A stretch of 61,225 nt of DNA from positions 1 through 61,225 of the forward strand of contig CAZOQX010000004.1 of assembly GCA_964582465.1 (NCBI GenBank), given 5' to 3'. This stretch comes from an uncultured Candidatus Saccharibacteria bacterium (GTDB lineage: Bacteria; Patescibacteriota; Saccharimonadia; UBA4664; CAZOQX01). The notes below the pieces were generated by a model. The model worked only from the letters and a program-made list of their open reading frames with translations. It made no database searches and had not been told where the DNA came from. This document shows, piece by piece, positions 35,267 to 45,589 of the stretch; position 1 is the first letter of the stretch; each line of letters starts with the position of its first letter. The translations under genes and the position numbers were made by a program.

Positions 35267-38149
35267 ATGAAGAAGGCTGAGGTTCTAAATTTTCCGCAGT
35301 TTGAGGAGGAGATTCTCAAGCTTTGGGAGAAAGAAGGTACATTTGAGCAGAGCGTAGAGCAGCGAAAAGATGCCAAACGCTTTAGCTTTTACGATGGACC
35401 GCCCTTTGCTAACGGTTTGCCGCACTATGGCCATGCGCTTGCTTCGGCAGAAAAGGACGCGGTGGTGCGCTATAAAACCATGCGCGGTTATTTTGTGCCG
35501 CGACGGGCGGGATGGGATACGCACGGCTTGCCGGTGGAGTATGAGGTGGAAAAACAGCTCAAGATTTCGAGTAAGAAACAAATTCTCGAGATGGGCATCG
35601 AAGCCTTTAACCAGGCCTGCCGCGATAGTGTGTTTAAGTATAGGGCTGAGTGGGAACAATTTATTATCCGCTTCGGGCGCTGGATTGACCTCAAAAATGC
35701 CTACGCCACCCTAGACACTAGTTATATTGAAAGCGTCTGGTGGGTCTTTAGTGAGTTGTACAAAAAAGGCTTGATCTACCAGGGCTTTAAGAGCATGCCC
35801 TACTGTCCGCGCTGTGCCACGCCGCTATCTAACTTCGAGCTTAATCAGGGATACCAGGATAATGTTGAAGATCCGAGTGTTTTTGTAAAATTCCCAATGC
35901 ATGGTAATAAGGGCGAGTATTTCTTAGCTTGGACCACTACACCTTGGACGCTCCCCGCAAATGCGGCGCTCGCGGTCAAAGCCGAGGCGACCTATGTGCA
36001 GGTAAAAATGAAGAACGATGGTGACGGTTGGTCCAAAGGAGATCTGTTGTGGCTGGCCGAGTCGCGGCTCGAAGTCTTGGATTTGCGCCAAGGCGAATAC
36101 GAAATTAACGCCAAGGCCAAGGGGAAAGAACTTGAGGGGCAACGGTACAAGCCGCTGTACGAGCCAGAATCGCTAACCGACGAAGAACGCTCAGCGGCGT
36201 GGAAAATTTACCTTGATGAAAGCGTGGACCTAGAGGATGGCACGGGGATTTTGCATGTAGCGCCGCGCTACGGCGAAACTGATCTTGAACTGGGACTAAA
36301 GGTGGGGCTTCCCCTCATTGAAAGCGTTGATGCGAGTGGGCAAATGACTGACTTGTTACCGCAGGTTACGGGGCAGTTCTTTAAGGAGGCCGATCCTCAC
36401 ATTGTGGCCGACCTGGTCGTAAAGGGTCATATTTTTGCTGCTGAAAAGTTTACTCACACTTATCCGTTTTGTTGGCGCTGCGATACGGCTTTAATGTACT
36501 TCGCTACGCCTAGCTGGTTTGTGCAGGTGACGAAGTTTACCGATAAACTCATAAACAATAATCAAAAGATAACCTGGGTACCGGCCCACATTAAGGATGG
36601 TCGGTTTGGCAATTGGATTGCCGAAGCCCGTGATTGGGGGGTGTCGCGCAGTCGATTTTGGGGGGCGCCGCTACCAGTTTGGCAGTGCGCAGAGGGGCAC
36701 TTTACGGTGATTGGGGGAATAGACGAACTTAAGTCTCAGGCGACGAAAAAAGTTGAATTGACCGATTTGCACCGACCCTACATTGATGCGATCGAGCTCA
36801 AATGCTCGGAGTGTGACCAGCCGGCCAGGCGCGTCGAAGAGGTATTTGACTGTTGGTTTGAGTCGGGCAGCATGCCCTACGCCGAGGACCATTATCCATT
36901 TGAGAATCAGCAAGAATTTAAAGACAAATTCCCAGCTGATTTTATCGCCGAAGGCATGGACCAGACCAGAGGTTGGTTTTACACTCTGCATGTGCTTGCG
37001 AGTGCTTTGTTCGACCAACCGGCATTTGAAAACGTGATTGTAAATGGGATTGTGGTTGCAGCCGACGGCAAAAAGCTATCCAAGCGTTTGCGTAATTATC
37101 CGGACATTTCTGAGGTACTCGTAAAGTATGGGGCTGATTCATTGCGCTTCTTTTTGCTATCGAGCTCGGTGGTAGCGGGCGAAGATGTGCGTTTTTCCCT
37201 CGATATTGTGGGCGAGGTCAATCGAAATATTTTTATGACGCTGTGGAATGTTTACAATTTCTTGGCAACTTATGCTGAAGCTGAGCAGTGGCAGCCGGGA
37301 CAAAAGTTGGAAGCACCTCAGAGCAGAAACGTGCTCGATCGCTGGATCCTAGCGCGGCTTGAAGAAACTACGGTTGAGATGACCAAGGCGGCCGACCGTT
37401 ATGAACTTCATCGCGCTACCCGGCCTCTGCGCGAGCTCGTTGATGATCTATCAAACTGGTATCTTAGGCGGAGTCGGCGCCGTTTTTCCAAAAATGATGA
37501 CAAGGCCGATAAAGTGCAGGCTTATGCCACTTTGCATTACGTGCTCGTGCGGCTTTGCCAGTTGCTTGCACCCTGGTCACCGTTTACGAGCGAGAAGATG
37601 TATCGGGAGTTGGCTCAGGGTATGGAATTGCCGGCAAGTGTACATTTAACTGATTGGCCGGAAGCGGGCAAGGTAGACACGGAAGTGATTGAACAAATGG
37701 CGCTCGCCCGTAGCATTGTGAATGAGGGCTTGGCTCAACGCGCCGCCGCTGGTATCAAGGTCCGGCAGCCTCTCGGCAAACTGGCGGGCCCTCAGGAGCT
37801 AGAAGAAGCTCTACGGACTGTGGTAAAAGATGAGGTGAACGTCAAGGAGTATGTGGAGGCAGGTGAGACTAAGCTTGATATTGCGCTCACCAAGGAGCTG
37901 AGAAGTGAAGGTCTGGCTCGTGACGTCATTCGTTTGGTACAAGACCAGCGCAAATTAGCCGGTTTAAAACCGGGTGATCACATTAAGCTCGATCTTGAGG
38001 CGGGGGACGAATTAGCGGCTGCTCTCACTAAGTGGAAAGATCTGATTCAAGCCGAAACCTTAGCGGTCGCGAGCATGATCGAAGCCAAGCCTAACGGACC
38101 GCTCAAGGTTAGTGGGCACACGATTGCCATAAAGATCGAGCGGGCATGA
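35267..38149 (+). CDS. ileS: Isoleucyl-tRNA synthetase, type 2 (eukaryote-like)
   Basis: FYDGPPFANGLPHYGH HIGH region (type-2 signature) and the KMSKS variant KLSKRL. 960 aa. Confidence 0.96.
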   Translation: MKKAEVLNFPQFEEEILKLWEKEGTFEQSVEQRKDAKRFSFYDGPPFANGLPHYGHALASAEKDAVVRYKTMRGYFVPRRAGWDTHGLPVEYEVEKQLKISSKKQILEMGIEAFNQACRDSVFKYRAEWEQFIIRFGRWIDLKNAYATLDTSYIESVWWVFSELYKKGLIYQGFKSMPYCPRCATPLSNFELNQGYQDNVEDPSVFVKFPMHGNKGEYFLAWTTTPWTLPANAALAVKAEATYVQVKMKNDGDGWSKGDLLWLAESRLEVLDLRQGEYEINAKAKGKELEGQRYKPLYEPESLTDEERSAAWKIYLDESVDLEDGTGILHVAPRYGETDLELGLKVGLPLIESVDASGQMTDLLPQVTGQFFKEADPHIVADLVVKGHIFAAEKFTHTYPFCWRCDTALMYFATPSWFVQVTKFTDKLINNNQKITWVPAHIKDGRFGNWIAEARDWGVSRSRFWGAPLPVWQCAEGHFTVIGGIDELKSQATKKVELTDLHRPYIDAIELKCSECDQPARRVEEVFDCWFESGSMPYAEDHYPFENQQEFKDKFPADFIAEGMDQTRGWFYTLHVLASALFDQPAFENVIVNGIVVAADGKKLSKRLRNYPDISEVLVKYGADSLRFFLLSSSVVAGEDVRFSLDIVGEVNRNIFMTLWNVYNFLATYAEAEQWQPGQKLEAPQSRNVLDRWILARLEETTVEMTKAADRYELHRATRPLRELVDDLSNWYLRRSRRRFSKNDDKADKVQAYATLHYVLVRLCQLLAPWSPFTSEKMYRELAQGMELPASVHLTDWPEAGKVDTEVIEQMALARSIVNEGLAQRAAAGIKVRQPLGKLAGPQELEEALRTVVKDEVNVKEYVEAGETKLDIALTKELRSEGLARDVIRLVQDQRKLAGLKPGDHIKLDLEAGDELAAALTKWKDLIQAETLAVASMIEAKPNGPLKVSGHTIAIKIERA

Positions 38150-39258
38150 AGCTAAAACTCTGGGCGGGTCGCCACTTTGATTGGCTGCTTATGGGCGCGG
38201 CGCTAATGCTAGTAGCCATCGGGATTATCGTCTTATTCTCGACTACGCTTAAGGCCGCCGGACTGGCCGCCCCGGTTGATGCCCGCAACCAAATCATTTT
38301 TGCGGGGTTGGGTCTGGCGGCGCTTGCGCTGGCGGCGCGGCTAGATTACCGGATGTGGGCGCGCTTCTCGACCTGGTTATACTTTGTAACGCTTGCCATG
38401 CTCGGCTATGTAATTTTGGCCGGCAAAACTGCACTTGGGGCCACGCGCTGGATCAATTTAGGCTTCTTCCAATTTCAACCTTCTGAACTCGCGAAAATTG
38501 TGTTGATTGTGGTGCTCGCGAAATTCTTGGCTAACCATTATGAAGAAATGGACCGCTTGAAGTGGTTACTACTCTCCTTGGTCTATACTCTGGTACCGGT
38601 AGGATTGGTCCTAGCTCAACCCGATCTGGGGACCGCCATTATCCTAATCTTAATTTGGCTCATCATGGTGCTTGTAAGTCGTGCCAGGAAACGCCACGTA
38701 TTAGGACTAGTGGCCTTGGGCCTTCTCTTCCTGCCGGTAGCACTCTTACTATTACAGCCATACCAGAGAGCCCGGCTAACAGCTTTTTTGCATCCAGCGG
38801 CTGATCCGCTGCGCAGTGGTTATAATGTGGTGCAAGCCCAGATCGCAGTCGGTAGCGGAGAGGTTTTTGGGCGCGGGCTATCGGCCGGATCCCAGAGCCA
38901 GCTGAATTTTCTACCGTCGCAGCATACGGATTTTATTTTTGCCGTGTTATCGGAAAAGTTAGGTTTTGTGGGCGCGGTGGTGGTTCTGGCCCTCTTCACG
39001 CTCTTATTGATCCGAGCGGCCCTGGTGGCTTATAAAGCTAATGACCGCTTTGGGCTATTCCTGGCAGTCGGGGTAACGACGCTGTTCTTATTCCATTTTC
39101 TAATTAATGTCGGCATGAACTTGGGCATTATGCCGGTGACGGGGATTCCGCTACCCTTCATATCGTATGGTGGGACGAGTTTGATAATTTCTTTGGTTGC
39201 GATCGGTTTGCTTGAGAGTATTAGCCTCCGGCATAAGAAAATGCAGTTTGGCGCTTAA
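38146..39258 (+). CDS. SEDS-family peptidoglycan polymerase (FtsW/RodA)
   Basis: 370 aa, 10 TM helices, with the motifs QPSELAK and TDFIFA...GF.G. Confidence 0.92.
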   Translation: MKLKLWAGRHFDWLLMGAALMLVAIGIIVLFSTTLKAAGLAAPVDARNQIIFAGLGLAALALAARLDYRMWARFSTWLYFVTLAMLGYVILAGKTALGATRWINLGFFQFQPSELAKIVLIVVLAKFLANHYEEMDRLKWLLLSLVYTLVPVGLVLAQPDLGTAIILILIWLIMVLVSRARKRHVLGLVALGLLFLPVALLLLQPYQRARLTAFLHPAADPLRSGYNVVQAQIAVGSGEVFGRGLSAGSQSQLNFLPSQHTDFIFAVLSEKLGFVGAVVVLALFTLLLIRAALVAYKANDRFGLFLAVGVTTLFLFHFLINVGMNLGIMPVTGIPLPFISYGGTSLIISLVAIGLLESISLRHKKMQFGA

Positions 39259-39261
39259 GCT

Positions 39262-39290
39262 TTGACCAGGAAGCAACTTTCTGCTAGACT
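39262..39290 (+). promoter_or_regulatory. Sigma70-type promoter for rplU
   Basis: TTGACC, 17-nt spacer, TAGACT. Confidence 0.5.
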
Positions 39291-39314
39291 TAAACAGTTA
39301 AAAATTCTCTAACT

Positions 39315-39689
39315 ATGCAAGCAGTTATTCGTACAGGTGGAAAACAATACTTGGTCGAGCCCGGCCAAGTTCTTAATGTTGAGCTTTTAGGCGATAGTAA
39401 AAAAGTCGAGCTGGAAACATTGCTCGTGATTGATGGGGCCAAAGTAAGCGTTGGTGCACCCTTAGTGAGTGGACTCAAGGTCCAGGCTGAGGTGCTAGAA
39501 GAGGCTAAGGGTGAAAAAATTAAAGTGCTGAAGTTTAAGGCTAAGAAGCGGGTAAAAAAACTCACTGGTCACAGGCAGCACTACAGTCGCATCAAAATTC
39601 TAAGCATTGGTGAGGCCAAGGCTCCTGCGACGAAGTCTACGACTACAGCCAAGCGGCCAGCCCGGCAAGCGGCTACGCCCAGCAAGTAG
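39315..39689 (+). CDS. rplU: 50S ribosomal protein L21 (with basic A/T/K-rich tail)
   Basis: MQAVIRTGGKQYLVEPGQ N-terminus typical of L21. Confidence 0.93.
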   Translation: MQAVIRTGGKQYLVEPGQVLNVELLGDSKKVELETLLVIDGAKVSVGAPLVSGLKVQAEVLEEAKGEKIKVLKFKAKKRVKKLTGHRQHYSRIKILSIGEAKAPATKSTTTAKRPARQAATPSK

Positions 39690-39744
39690 CTCTTTCCTAG
39701 GCTATAGCTCTAATGCTAATATTAGAGCAGTAAGCGAGGTTGGC

Positions 39745-40506
39745 GTGACGCGCATTATCGCGATTGCAAATCAAAAGGGCGGAGTCGGCAAGACGACCAC
39801 CGCCATTAACCTAGGTGCCTACCTAGCAAAGCTGGGGCATCGGGTGTTAGTCGTTGACCTCGATCCGCAGGGCAATACTTCGACCGGTTTGGGCATTAAT
39901 AAAAGTGAGCTCAAGCACGATTTGTATGATGCTTTAATTGATGATGTTCCAGCGGGTAAAGTGATTTACAAAATTCCCAACATGAAACTTGCGGTCTTGC
40001 CGGCTTCACCGGTACTAGCTGCCGCTGAAGTTGAGCTAGTACAAGTGCCTCAGAGAGAATTCCGGCTCAAGAAGCTGCTGCAGGAATTGGATTTTCACTA
40101 TGTTTTAATTGATTGCCCGCCGTCACTAGGGCTTCTGACGCTCAATGGACTGGTCGCGGCCGATTCAATCCTCATTCCCGTCCAAGCAGAATTTTACGCC
40201 CTGGAGGGTCTCGGTCACTTATTGCAAACGATTGAGCGGGTAAAAAAGGCGCTCAATCCTAACCTAGAAGTACTCGGTATGGTGATGACAATGCACAACG
40301 GCCGCACCACGCTTAGCCAGCAAGTGCACGACGAAGTTAAACGTCACTTCCCGGGCAAAGTCTTCGACACTGTAATTCCTAGAAATGTCCGACTGGCTGA
40401 GGCGCCAAGTTACGGTCGGCCGATTAGCCAGTATGATAAATGGAGCAAGGGTGCCAAAAGTTATAAGCAGCTTGCAAAGGAGGTAGTCAGCCGTGCCGAA
40501 AGATAA
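39745..40506 (+). CDS. parA: Chromosome partitioning ATPase ParA/Soj
   Basis: GTG 39745 after GCGAGG, then the deviant Walker A NQKGGVGKTT. The ORF-track start 39607 overlaps rplU and is rejected. Confidence 0.93.
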   Translation: MTRIIAIANQKGGVGKTTTAINLGAYLAKLGHRVLVVDLDPQGNTSTGLGINKSELKHDLYDALIDDVPAGKVIYKIPNMKLAVLPASPVLAAAEVELVQVPQREFRLKKLLQELDFHYVLIDCPPSLGLLTLNGLVAADSILIPVQAEFYALEGLGHLLQTIERVKKALNPNLEVLGMVMTMHNGRTTLSQQVHDEVKRHFPGKVFDTVIPRNVRLAEAPSYGRPISQYDKWSKGAKSYKQLAKEVVSRAER

Positions 40507-41371
40507 ACATGGATTGGGGCGTGGGCTCGATGCTCTTATCCCCACTACGATAGAAAGTGAGTTCGATCCGACCCAGCAGAACGAACGGGCGGGGGATCAA
40601 CTTTTGCAGATTGCTCCCCCCAATATTTCGCCTAACCCTCATCAGCCCCGTCAAAACTTCGACGAGGCAGAGCTGAAAAATCTGGCAACCTCACTGAAGG
40701 AGCACGGTGTCATTCAGCCACTGGTGGTTATGTCGGCAGGAGCCGGAAAATATCAGCTGATTGCTGGAGAGCGGCGACTGCGAGCGGCTAAAATTGCCGG
40801 TCTTGCTACTGTGCCTGTAATTGTTCGCAGCATGGCCGAGCAGCAGCAACTCGAAGTGGCGCTGATCGAAAACTTGCAACGCCAAGACCTTAATGCAATT
40901 GAAACCGCCACGGCTTATCGCAAGCTAGCAGACCAATTTAATCTCGGCACCAGTGAAATCGCTGCTCGCGCCGGGAAAGATCAAAGCACAGTGATTAACA
41001 CGATGCGCCTTTTAGCCCTGCCTCTCGAAGTGAAACGAGCGGTTGCATCCGGGCAAATTACCGAGGGTCATGGCCGCGCGATTTTGATGGTGCCGGGCGA
41101 GGCCAAGCAACTTGAGCTTCTGGGCCTTGTACTGAAGAATCAGTGGACTGTGCGCCAAACCGAGAATTTCGCCCGCAATTATAAGTCGACCAGTACTTCG
41201 ACAGAGAAGGCGATGGCGCGCTCCGCCGGATCAAACGAATACACCCGTGATTTAGCCAAACTGTTAGGTGCGAAGGTCAATGTTGTGCCCATGGCCAAAG
41301 GCGGCAAGCTAGTGATCGAATACCAATCCGACCAAGAGCTAGAGCGAATCTACAAACAAATTAAGGGTTAA
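40493..41371 (+). CDS. parB: Chromosome partitioning protein ParB/Spo0J
   Basis: GLGRGLDALI N-terminus, ParB box (GERRLRAA), HTH. Confidence 0.93.
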   Translation: MPKDKHGLGRGLDALIPTTIESEFDPTQQNERAGDQLLQIAPPNISPNPHQPRQNFDEAELKNLATSLKEHGVIQPLVVMSAGAGKYQLIAGERRLRAAKIAGLATVPVIVRSMAEQQQLEVALIENLQRQDLNAIETATAYRKLADQFNLGTSEIAARAGKDQSTVINTMRLLALPLEVKRAVASGQITEGHGRAILMVPGEAKQLELLGLVLKNQWTVRQTENFARNYKSTSTSTEKAMARSAGSNEYTRDLAKLLGAKVNVVPMAKGGKLVIEYQSDQELERIYKQIKG

Positions 41372-42084
41372 TTACCGGCCTGGACACTCGAAACGCCGCC
41401 TATGGCATTAAGCGGCAGCAAGCGGAAAATGGCGTGGCCGATAATATCCTTAGTGGGCAGAAAACCCCACTCGCGGGAATCAAAAGAACCATTGGGGCTA
41501 CGGTTATCACCTAGCACGAAGACACTATCTGCTGGGACGGTATCGTCAAAATCTCCCAGTGTCGGTGGGCTATCCAAATTAAGGCTAACGTCAGGATCGT
41601 AGCCGCCTGAATGAGCCGAATTATAGATAGTAACCAGGCCGTCTTTCACGATCACATGATCTCCGGGGAGACCGATCACTCGCTTAATAAAGATTAGGCT
41701 GGGGTCTTTGGGGTAGTGGAACACAATTACTTCGCCGCGATGGGGGATGTAAGGCTTGCCCTCAATATGGCTGAGTGAATCACCCACTTTTGAAACAATC
41801 AAATAGTCGGCATCGTGTAGGGTTGGTACCATGCTCGTGCCGACGACGTGGAAGGCCTGAAAGATAAAATTGTGCAGGACCAGGACAACTAACACCGGTA
41901 CTACCACCCAGTTCAGCAGGCCCTTAAAGAATTCCATCAAAAAACTAGCCAGCCGGCTGGAAGTGGGCTGGGGAGCGTTAGGATTTGGTGCTAAATCTGA
42001 TTCAACTATGGGCCCGGATGCCGGTTGATCGGTCGGGGTTTCGGTAGATTCAGGCTTGGGCTCGGAAGTTTCCGGACTTTCCAT
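41368..42084 (-). CDS. lepB: Signal peptidase I
   Basis: Catalytic GTSMVPTL and KRVIGLPGD boxes. Confidence 0.92.
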   Translation of the reverse strand: MESPETSEPKPESTETPTDQPASGPIVESDLAPNPNAPQPTSSRLASFLMEFFKGLLNWVVVPVLVVLVLHNFIFQAFHVVGTSMVPTLHDADYLIVSKVGDSLSHIEGKPYIPHRGEVIVFHYPKDPSLIFIKRVIGLPGDHVIVKDGLVTIYNSAHSGGYDPDVSLNLDSPPTLGDFDDTVPADSVFVLGDNRSPNGSFDSREWGFLPTKDIIGHAIFRLLPLNAIGGVSSVQAGN

Positions 42085-42162
42085 GTAATTAAGTATTACA
42101 GATTCCCCTTAGCTTCACAACCCAGCTTTACGCCTTTCAAGCCAAGCGGTATACTTAAGTGA

Positions 42163-43572
42163 ATGAGTGAGATCAGTCCGGGCCTTATCCGGGGAATTTT
42201 CAGCTTCAGGCCCGTATCAAAGCGCCGACTTAGCAACAGGCTCGACACCGACTTTTCTAAACTACCACAAGCGAAAAGCCGATTTGTGCTGCGCAAAGTG
42301 ACGCTAGTCGCCATACTTCTAGTGATCGCAGTGGTGGCTTATTTCGGGATCAAAACTCTAATTGCAACTAGCAGGATTATTAGCCGCGATAAAAACAGTG
42401 GCGCACCAGCCTTTGCTGGTGCGGTTGACCCGACCAAGTTACGAGGAGAAGGGGATGGACGGGTTAATATTTTGCTTCTCGGCATTGGCGGCCAAGGTCA
42501 TGAGGCGCCGAATCTGAGCGATACCATTATTGTGGCAAGCATTGATCCGCGGACTAAGGATGTGGCCATGCTCAGCGTTCCACGCGATTTATGGGTTAGC
42601 ATTCCGCAGCGTGGCTACGCCAAGGTTAACGCTGCCTATGCCTACGGTGAGATGAGTCGTGCGGGTAATGGGCCAGCTCTCGCTAAAGCCACCATTTCGA
42701 AAATCCTTGATTTGCCAATTCATTACTATATTAGGGTGGACTTTGCTGGTTTTCGCCAAGCTATTGATACGGTGGGTGGTGTCGATGTTCATGTTGATAA
42801 GCCCCTCTACGATCCCTATTTCCCGAGTGACAGCGAAAACGGCTGGTATCAGCCTTTTTACATTACAGCTGGTGATCATCATATGGGCGGCGTGATCGCA
42901 CTGCGCTATGCCCGGTCGCGCGAAACCACTAGCGACTTTGACCGGGCGGCACGTCAACAGAAGGTGCTGGTAGCCCTGCGCCAGAAGGTTTTAAGCAGTT
43001 CCACGCTACTTAATCCGGCCAAGATTACTAGCCTCATCAATATCTTCGGTAATCATATCGAAACCGATTTGAAGGTAAACGAGATGTTAAAATTGACGGA
43101 TTTAATTAAGGGGGTGGATACCACCAAGATTACCAATAAAGTGCTCGATAATACGCCGCAGGGATTGCTGAAAGACGGCAATGTGGGTGGTGCCTACGTG
43201 CTTTTGCCCCGCGCCGGTAACTTTAGTGAAGTCCAGGCCTTCGCCCACTCGATTTTCGTGGACAGTTACTTGAAAGATGAGCACGCTGCGGTTGAGGTTT
43301 CTAACGGGGCTGCCCGAGCGGGAGTTGCGACCGCGGTAGCTCAAGCACTCTCGTCTTATAACTACAACGTTACCAAGGTCACAACTGCACCAGCACCGGT
43401 CGGCAAGACGGTAATTTATGATTACACCGGGGGGACGAAGCCGTATACTATTAATTATCTGGAGGCGCGCTTTAAGCTGAAGGTCCAAAAAATGCCCAAG
43501 GCTACAGCGGGAGCTCCCGAGATAAAAATAGTAATAGGCCAAGACTACAAAAATAATGCCTTCGCGCTCTAG
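42163..43572 (+). CDS. LytR-CpsA-Psr (LCP) family cell-envelope phosphotransferase
   Basis: N-terminal TM segment, NILLLGIGG and SDTIIVASIDP motifs. Confidence 0.88.
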   Translation: MSEISPGLIRGIFSFRPVSKRRLSNRLDTDFSKLPQAKSRFVLRKVTLVAILLVIAVVAYFGIKTLIATSRIISRDKNSGAPAFAGAVDPTKLRGEGDGRVNILLLGIGGQGHEAPNLSDTIIVASIDPRTKDVAMLSVPRDLWVSIPQRGYAKVNAAYAYGEMSRAGNGPALAKATISKILDLPIHYYIRVDFAGFRQAIDTVGGVDVHVDKPLYDPYFPSDSENGWYQPFYITAGDHHMGGVIALRYARSRETTSDFDRAARQQKVLVALRQKVLSSSTLLNPAKITSLINIFGNHIETDLKVNEMLKLTDLIKGVDTTKITNKVLDNTPQGLLKDGNVGGAYVLLPRAGNFSEVQAFAHSIFVDSYLKDEHAAVEVSNGAARAGVATAVAQALSSYNYNVTKVTTAPAPVGKTVIYDYTGGTKPYTINYLEARFKLKVQKMPKATAGAPEIKIVIGQDYKNNAFAL

Positions 43573-44311
43573 TTTAATTCGTTTACGCTTTCAAGCCGCC
43601 GACTTGACCCTAGCGGTGGTTGTACTTCTGCTTGGTGCTCGGAGCGGTTGGGCTTGGGTGGCGCTACTGCTAGTTTTGGGCGGAGAAATTTACCGCTGGC
43701 GTTTTCGTGCCGGCGAATCGGTCGATGGTCTGGATTTCGCGGCTAACTCAATTGCTAGGATGAGCTTGCTGGGGATTGCGGTGCTAACACCTAGCACCAT
43801 CGGTAAACTTCTAATCGGATTGGTTTACCTTAGTAGTGTTTTTTGGTTGCGACCGGCTGACAGTGTCGAAATGGCCATGCGGGTGGCTCAAACGGCGGTG
43901 ACGCAGTTTCTATCCCTGATGGTAATCTTCCTGGCGCAAGCTTTTTGGCATTTTCCGGCCTTTTTGGTGGTGGGCTGGGCATGGGCAAGCAGTTACGTTT
44001 TGGCCTATCGCTTGCTTAATCATTTTGAGGAGCGGGCAGCGGCAGTGCTCGCAGCTGGTTGGGCTCTTTTGGTCAGTGAAGCTAGTTGGATCTTCTCAAT
44101 TTGGCTTGTAAACTATATCTTGCCCGGGGGCATCCTAACTGTGCCGCAGCCAGCTTTGGTGATTACGGCCTTGTCCTATAGTCTGGGCGGGATATATTTA
44201 TCGCACCGGGCCAATCATTTGAGCCGAACTCGCCTGATTGAATTTCTGTTGATTGGGCTGGTGGCTCTGACCGTGGTTATTTCGGGTACAAACTGGCGCG
44301 GAGCCATTTAA
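43556..44311 (+). CDS. Polytopic membrane protein, function unknown
   Basis: 251 aa, about 7 hydrophobic helices. Overlaps the LCP gene end. Confidence 0.6.
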   Translation: MPSRSSLIRLRFQAADLTLAVVVLLLGARSGWAWVALLLVLGGEIYRWRFRAGESVDGLDFAANSIARMSLLGIAVLTPSTIGKLLIGLVYLSSVFWLRPADSVEMAMRVAQTAVTQFLSLMVIFLAQAFWHFPAFLVVGWAWASSYVLAYRLLNHFEERAAAVLAAGWALLVSEASWIFSIWLVNYILPGGILTVPQPALVITALSYSLGGIYLSHRANHLSRTRLIEFLLIGLVALTVVISGTNWRGAI

Positions 44312-44349
44312 GCAAATTCTCAGTCAGCTTGAGCACCATAGGAGGAAAG

Positions 44350-45522
44350 ATGGCAAAAGAACAACCAGAAAAACCTGATTCAGTAGTTAGCCCCATCGAA
44401 CGTCTGCCCATTGCAAGCGTAAACGAGCGACGCAGCATGCTTTATACCGCCATTGTGGCTGGCCTGGTCGCCGGAGTGGTCGCAAGCCTGTTGGCTCTAC
44501 GCTACTGGCCCGGGTTAATTCCGGTAGCGAAGCAGCAAATTTTAGTGCAACAGTCGTCTGCCATTATCGATGTGGTTAAAAAAGTTTCACCCTCGGTAGT
44601 GAGTATTTCTTCCCAAACTACTACCCAGGATCTCTTCGGCTTTGGGCAGACTCAATCGACTGGCGAGGGGACGGGCATAGTGGTCTCGGCCGATGGCCTA
44701 ATTTTAACGAACAAGCACGTGGTTCCTTCTGACGCTTCAAATTTCAGCGTTTTTACAGCGAGTGGTAAGGAATACAAAGATGCGAAAGTGATCGCGCGCG
44801 ATTCGATTAATGATATCGCTTTCGTGAAAATTAACGCGAGCGGTCTCACCCCCGTGCAGCTGGGAGATTCATCAAACATCCAAGTCGGCCAGGAGGTGAT
44901 CGCGATCGGTAACGCTCTCGGCCAGTTTAAAAATAGTGCGACCGTTGGCATAATTTCTGGAATTGCCCGCTCGGTCGAGGCTAGCGACCAACTTGGTGGC
45001 AGCGCCGAATCATTGCAGAACTTGTTCCAAACCGACGCCGCCATTAACCCCGGTAACTCGGGTGGTCCGCTGATTGACTTGAGCGGTCACGTCATTGGTA
45101 TTAATACCGCTGTGGCTGGTGACGCGCAAAGTATCGGTTTTGCCATTCCCATTAACGAGGTGAAGCCGCTATTGGACAGCGTCAAGCAGAAGGGCCACAT
45201 TGTGCACCCCTACATTGGTGTGCGCTATGTCCCGATTACGGCTGATTTTGCGAGTGCCAATAATTTGCCGGTAACTCACGGAGCCTATGTGAGCGGCGAT
45301 CAGTCTAACCCGGCAGTTGTGCCCGACGGTCCAGCCGCCAAGGCGGGCTTGCAAGACGGCGACATCATTACCAAAGTTAATTCTGATACCATTAGCGATC
45401 AAAATAGCCTAACGGCGCTGGTGGGCAAGTACAAGGTGGGTGATAAGGTAACGCTCACTATTATCCGCGACGGCAAGACCATTACCAAGAGTGTCGCGCT
45501 GGGCGAAGCTCCGCAGGGTTAA
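44350..45522 (+). CDS. htrA: HtrA/DegP-family serine protease with PDZ domain
   Basis: ATG 44350 after GGAGGAAAG. Catalytic triad context TNKHVV, NDIAFVKI, GNSGGPL. C-terminal PDZ. Confidence 0.93.
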   Translation: MAKEQPEKPDSVVSPIERLPIASVNERRSMLYTAIVAGLVAGVVASLLALRYWPGLIPVAKQQILVQQSSAIIDVVKKVSPSVVSISSQTTTQDLFGFGQTQSTGEGTGIVVSADGLILTNKHVVPSDASNFSVFTASGKEYKDAKVIARDSINDIAFVKINASGLTPVQLGDSSNIQVGQEVIAIGNALGQFKNSATVGIISGIARSVEASDQLGGSAESLQNLFQTDAAINPGNSGGPLIDLSGHVIGINTAVAGDAQSIGFAIPINEVKPLLDSVKQKGHIVHPYIGVRYVPITADFASANNLPVTHGAYVSGDQSNPAVVPDGPAAKAGLQDGDIITKVNSDTISDQNSLTALVGKYKVGDKVTLTIIRDGKTITKSVALGEAPQG

Positions 45523-45589
45523 CGCTCATGCTTGCAATAATTATCACAAAATCGTAAAACTTAAGTCACCCGACGAAGGAGGGAGAGTC

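Noticed and set aside
39607-39744. N-terminal extensions in the ORF track: parA 39607, tsf 50532, rpmE 49464, PPOX 49403, the cassette D gene 45491, the MTase-like gene 30230, the Trx-like gene 34640, htrA 44329 and greA 60348.
   Set aside because: The extensions overlap the preceding gene or lack an SD. Internal starts with good SDs and family-typical N-termini are preferred.
40493-41400. Looked for a canonical parS site (TGTTTCACGTGAAACA-like) in and around parAB.
   Set aside because: I saw no match by eye. It may lie elsewhere, or I may have missed a degenerate copy, so no call is made.
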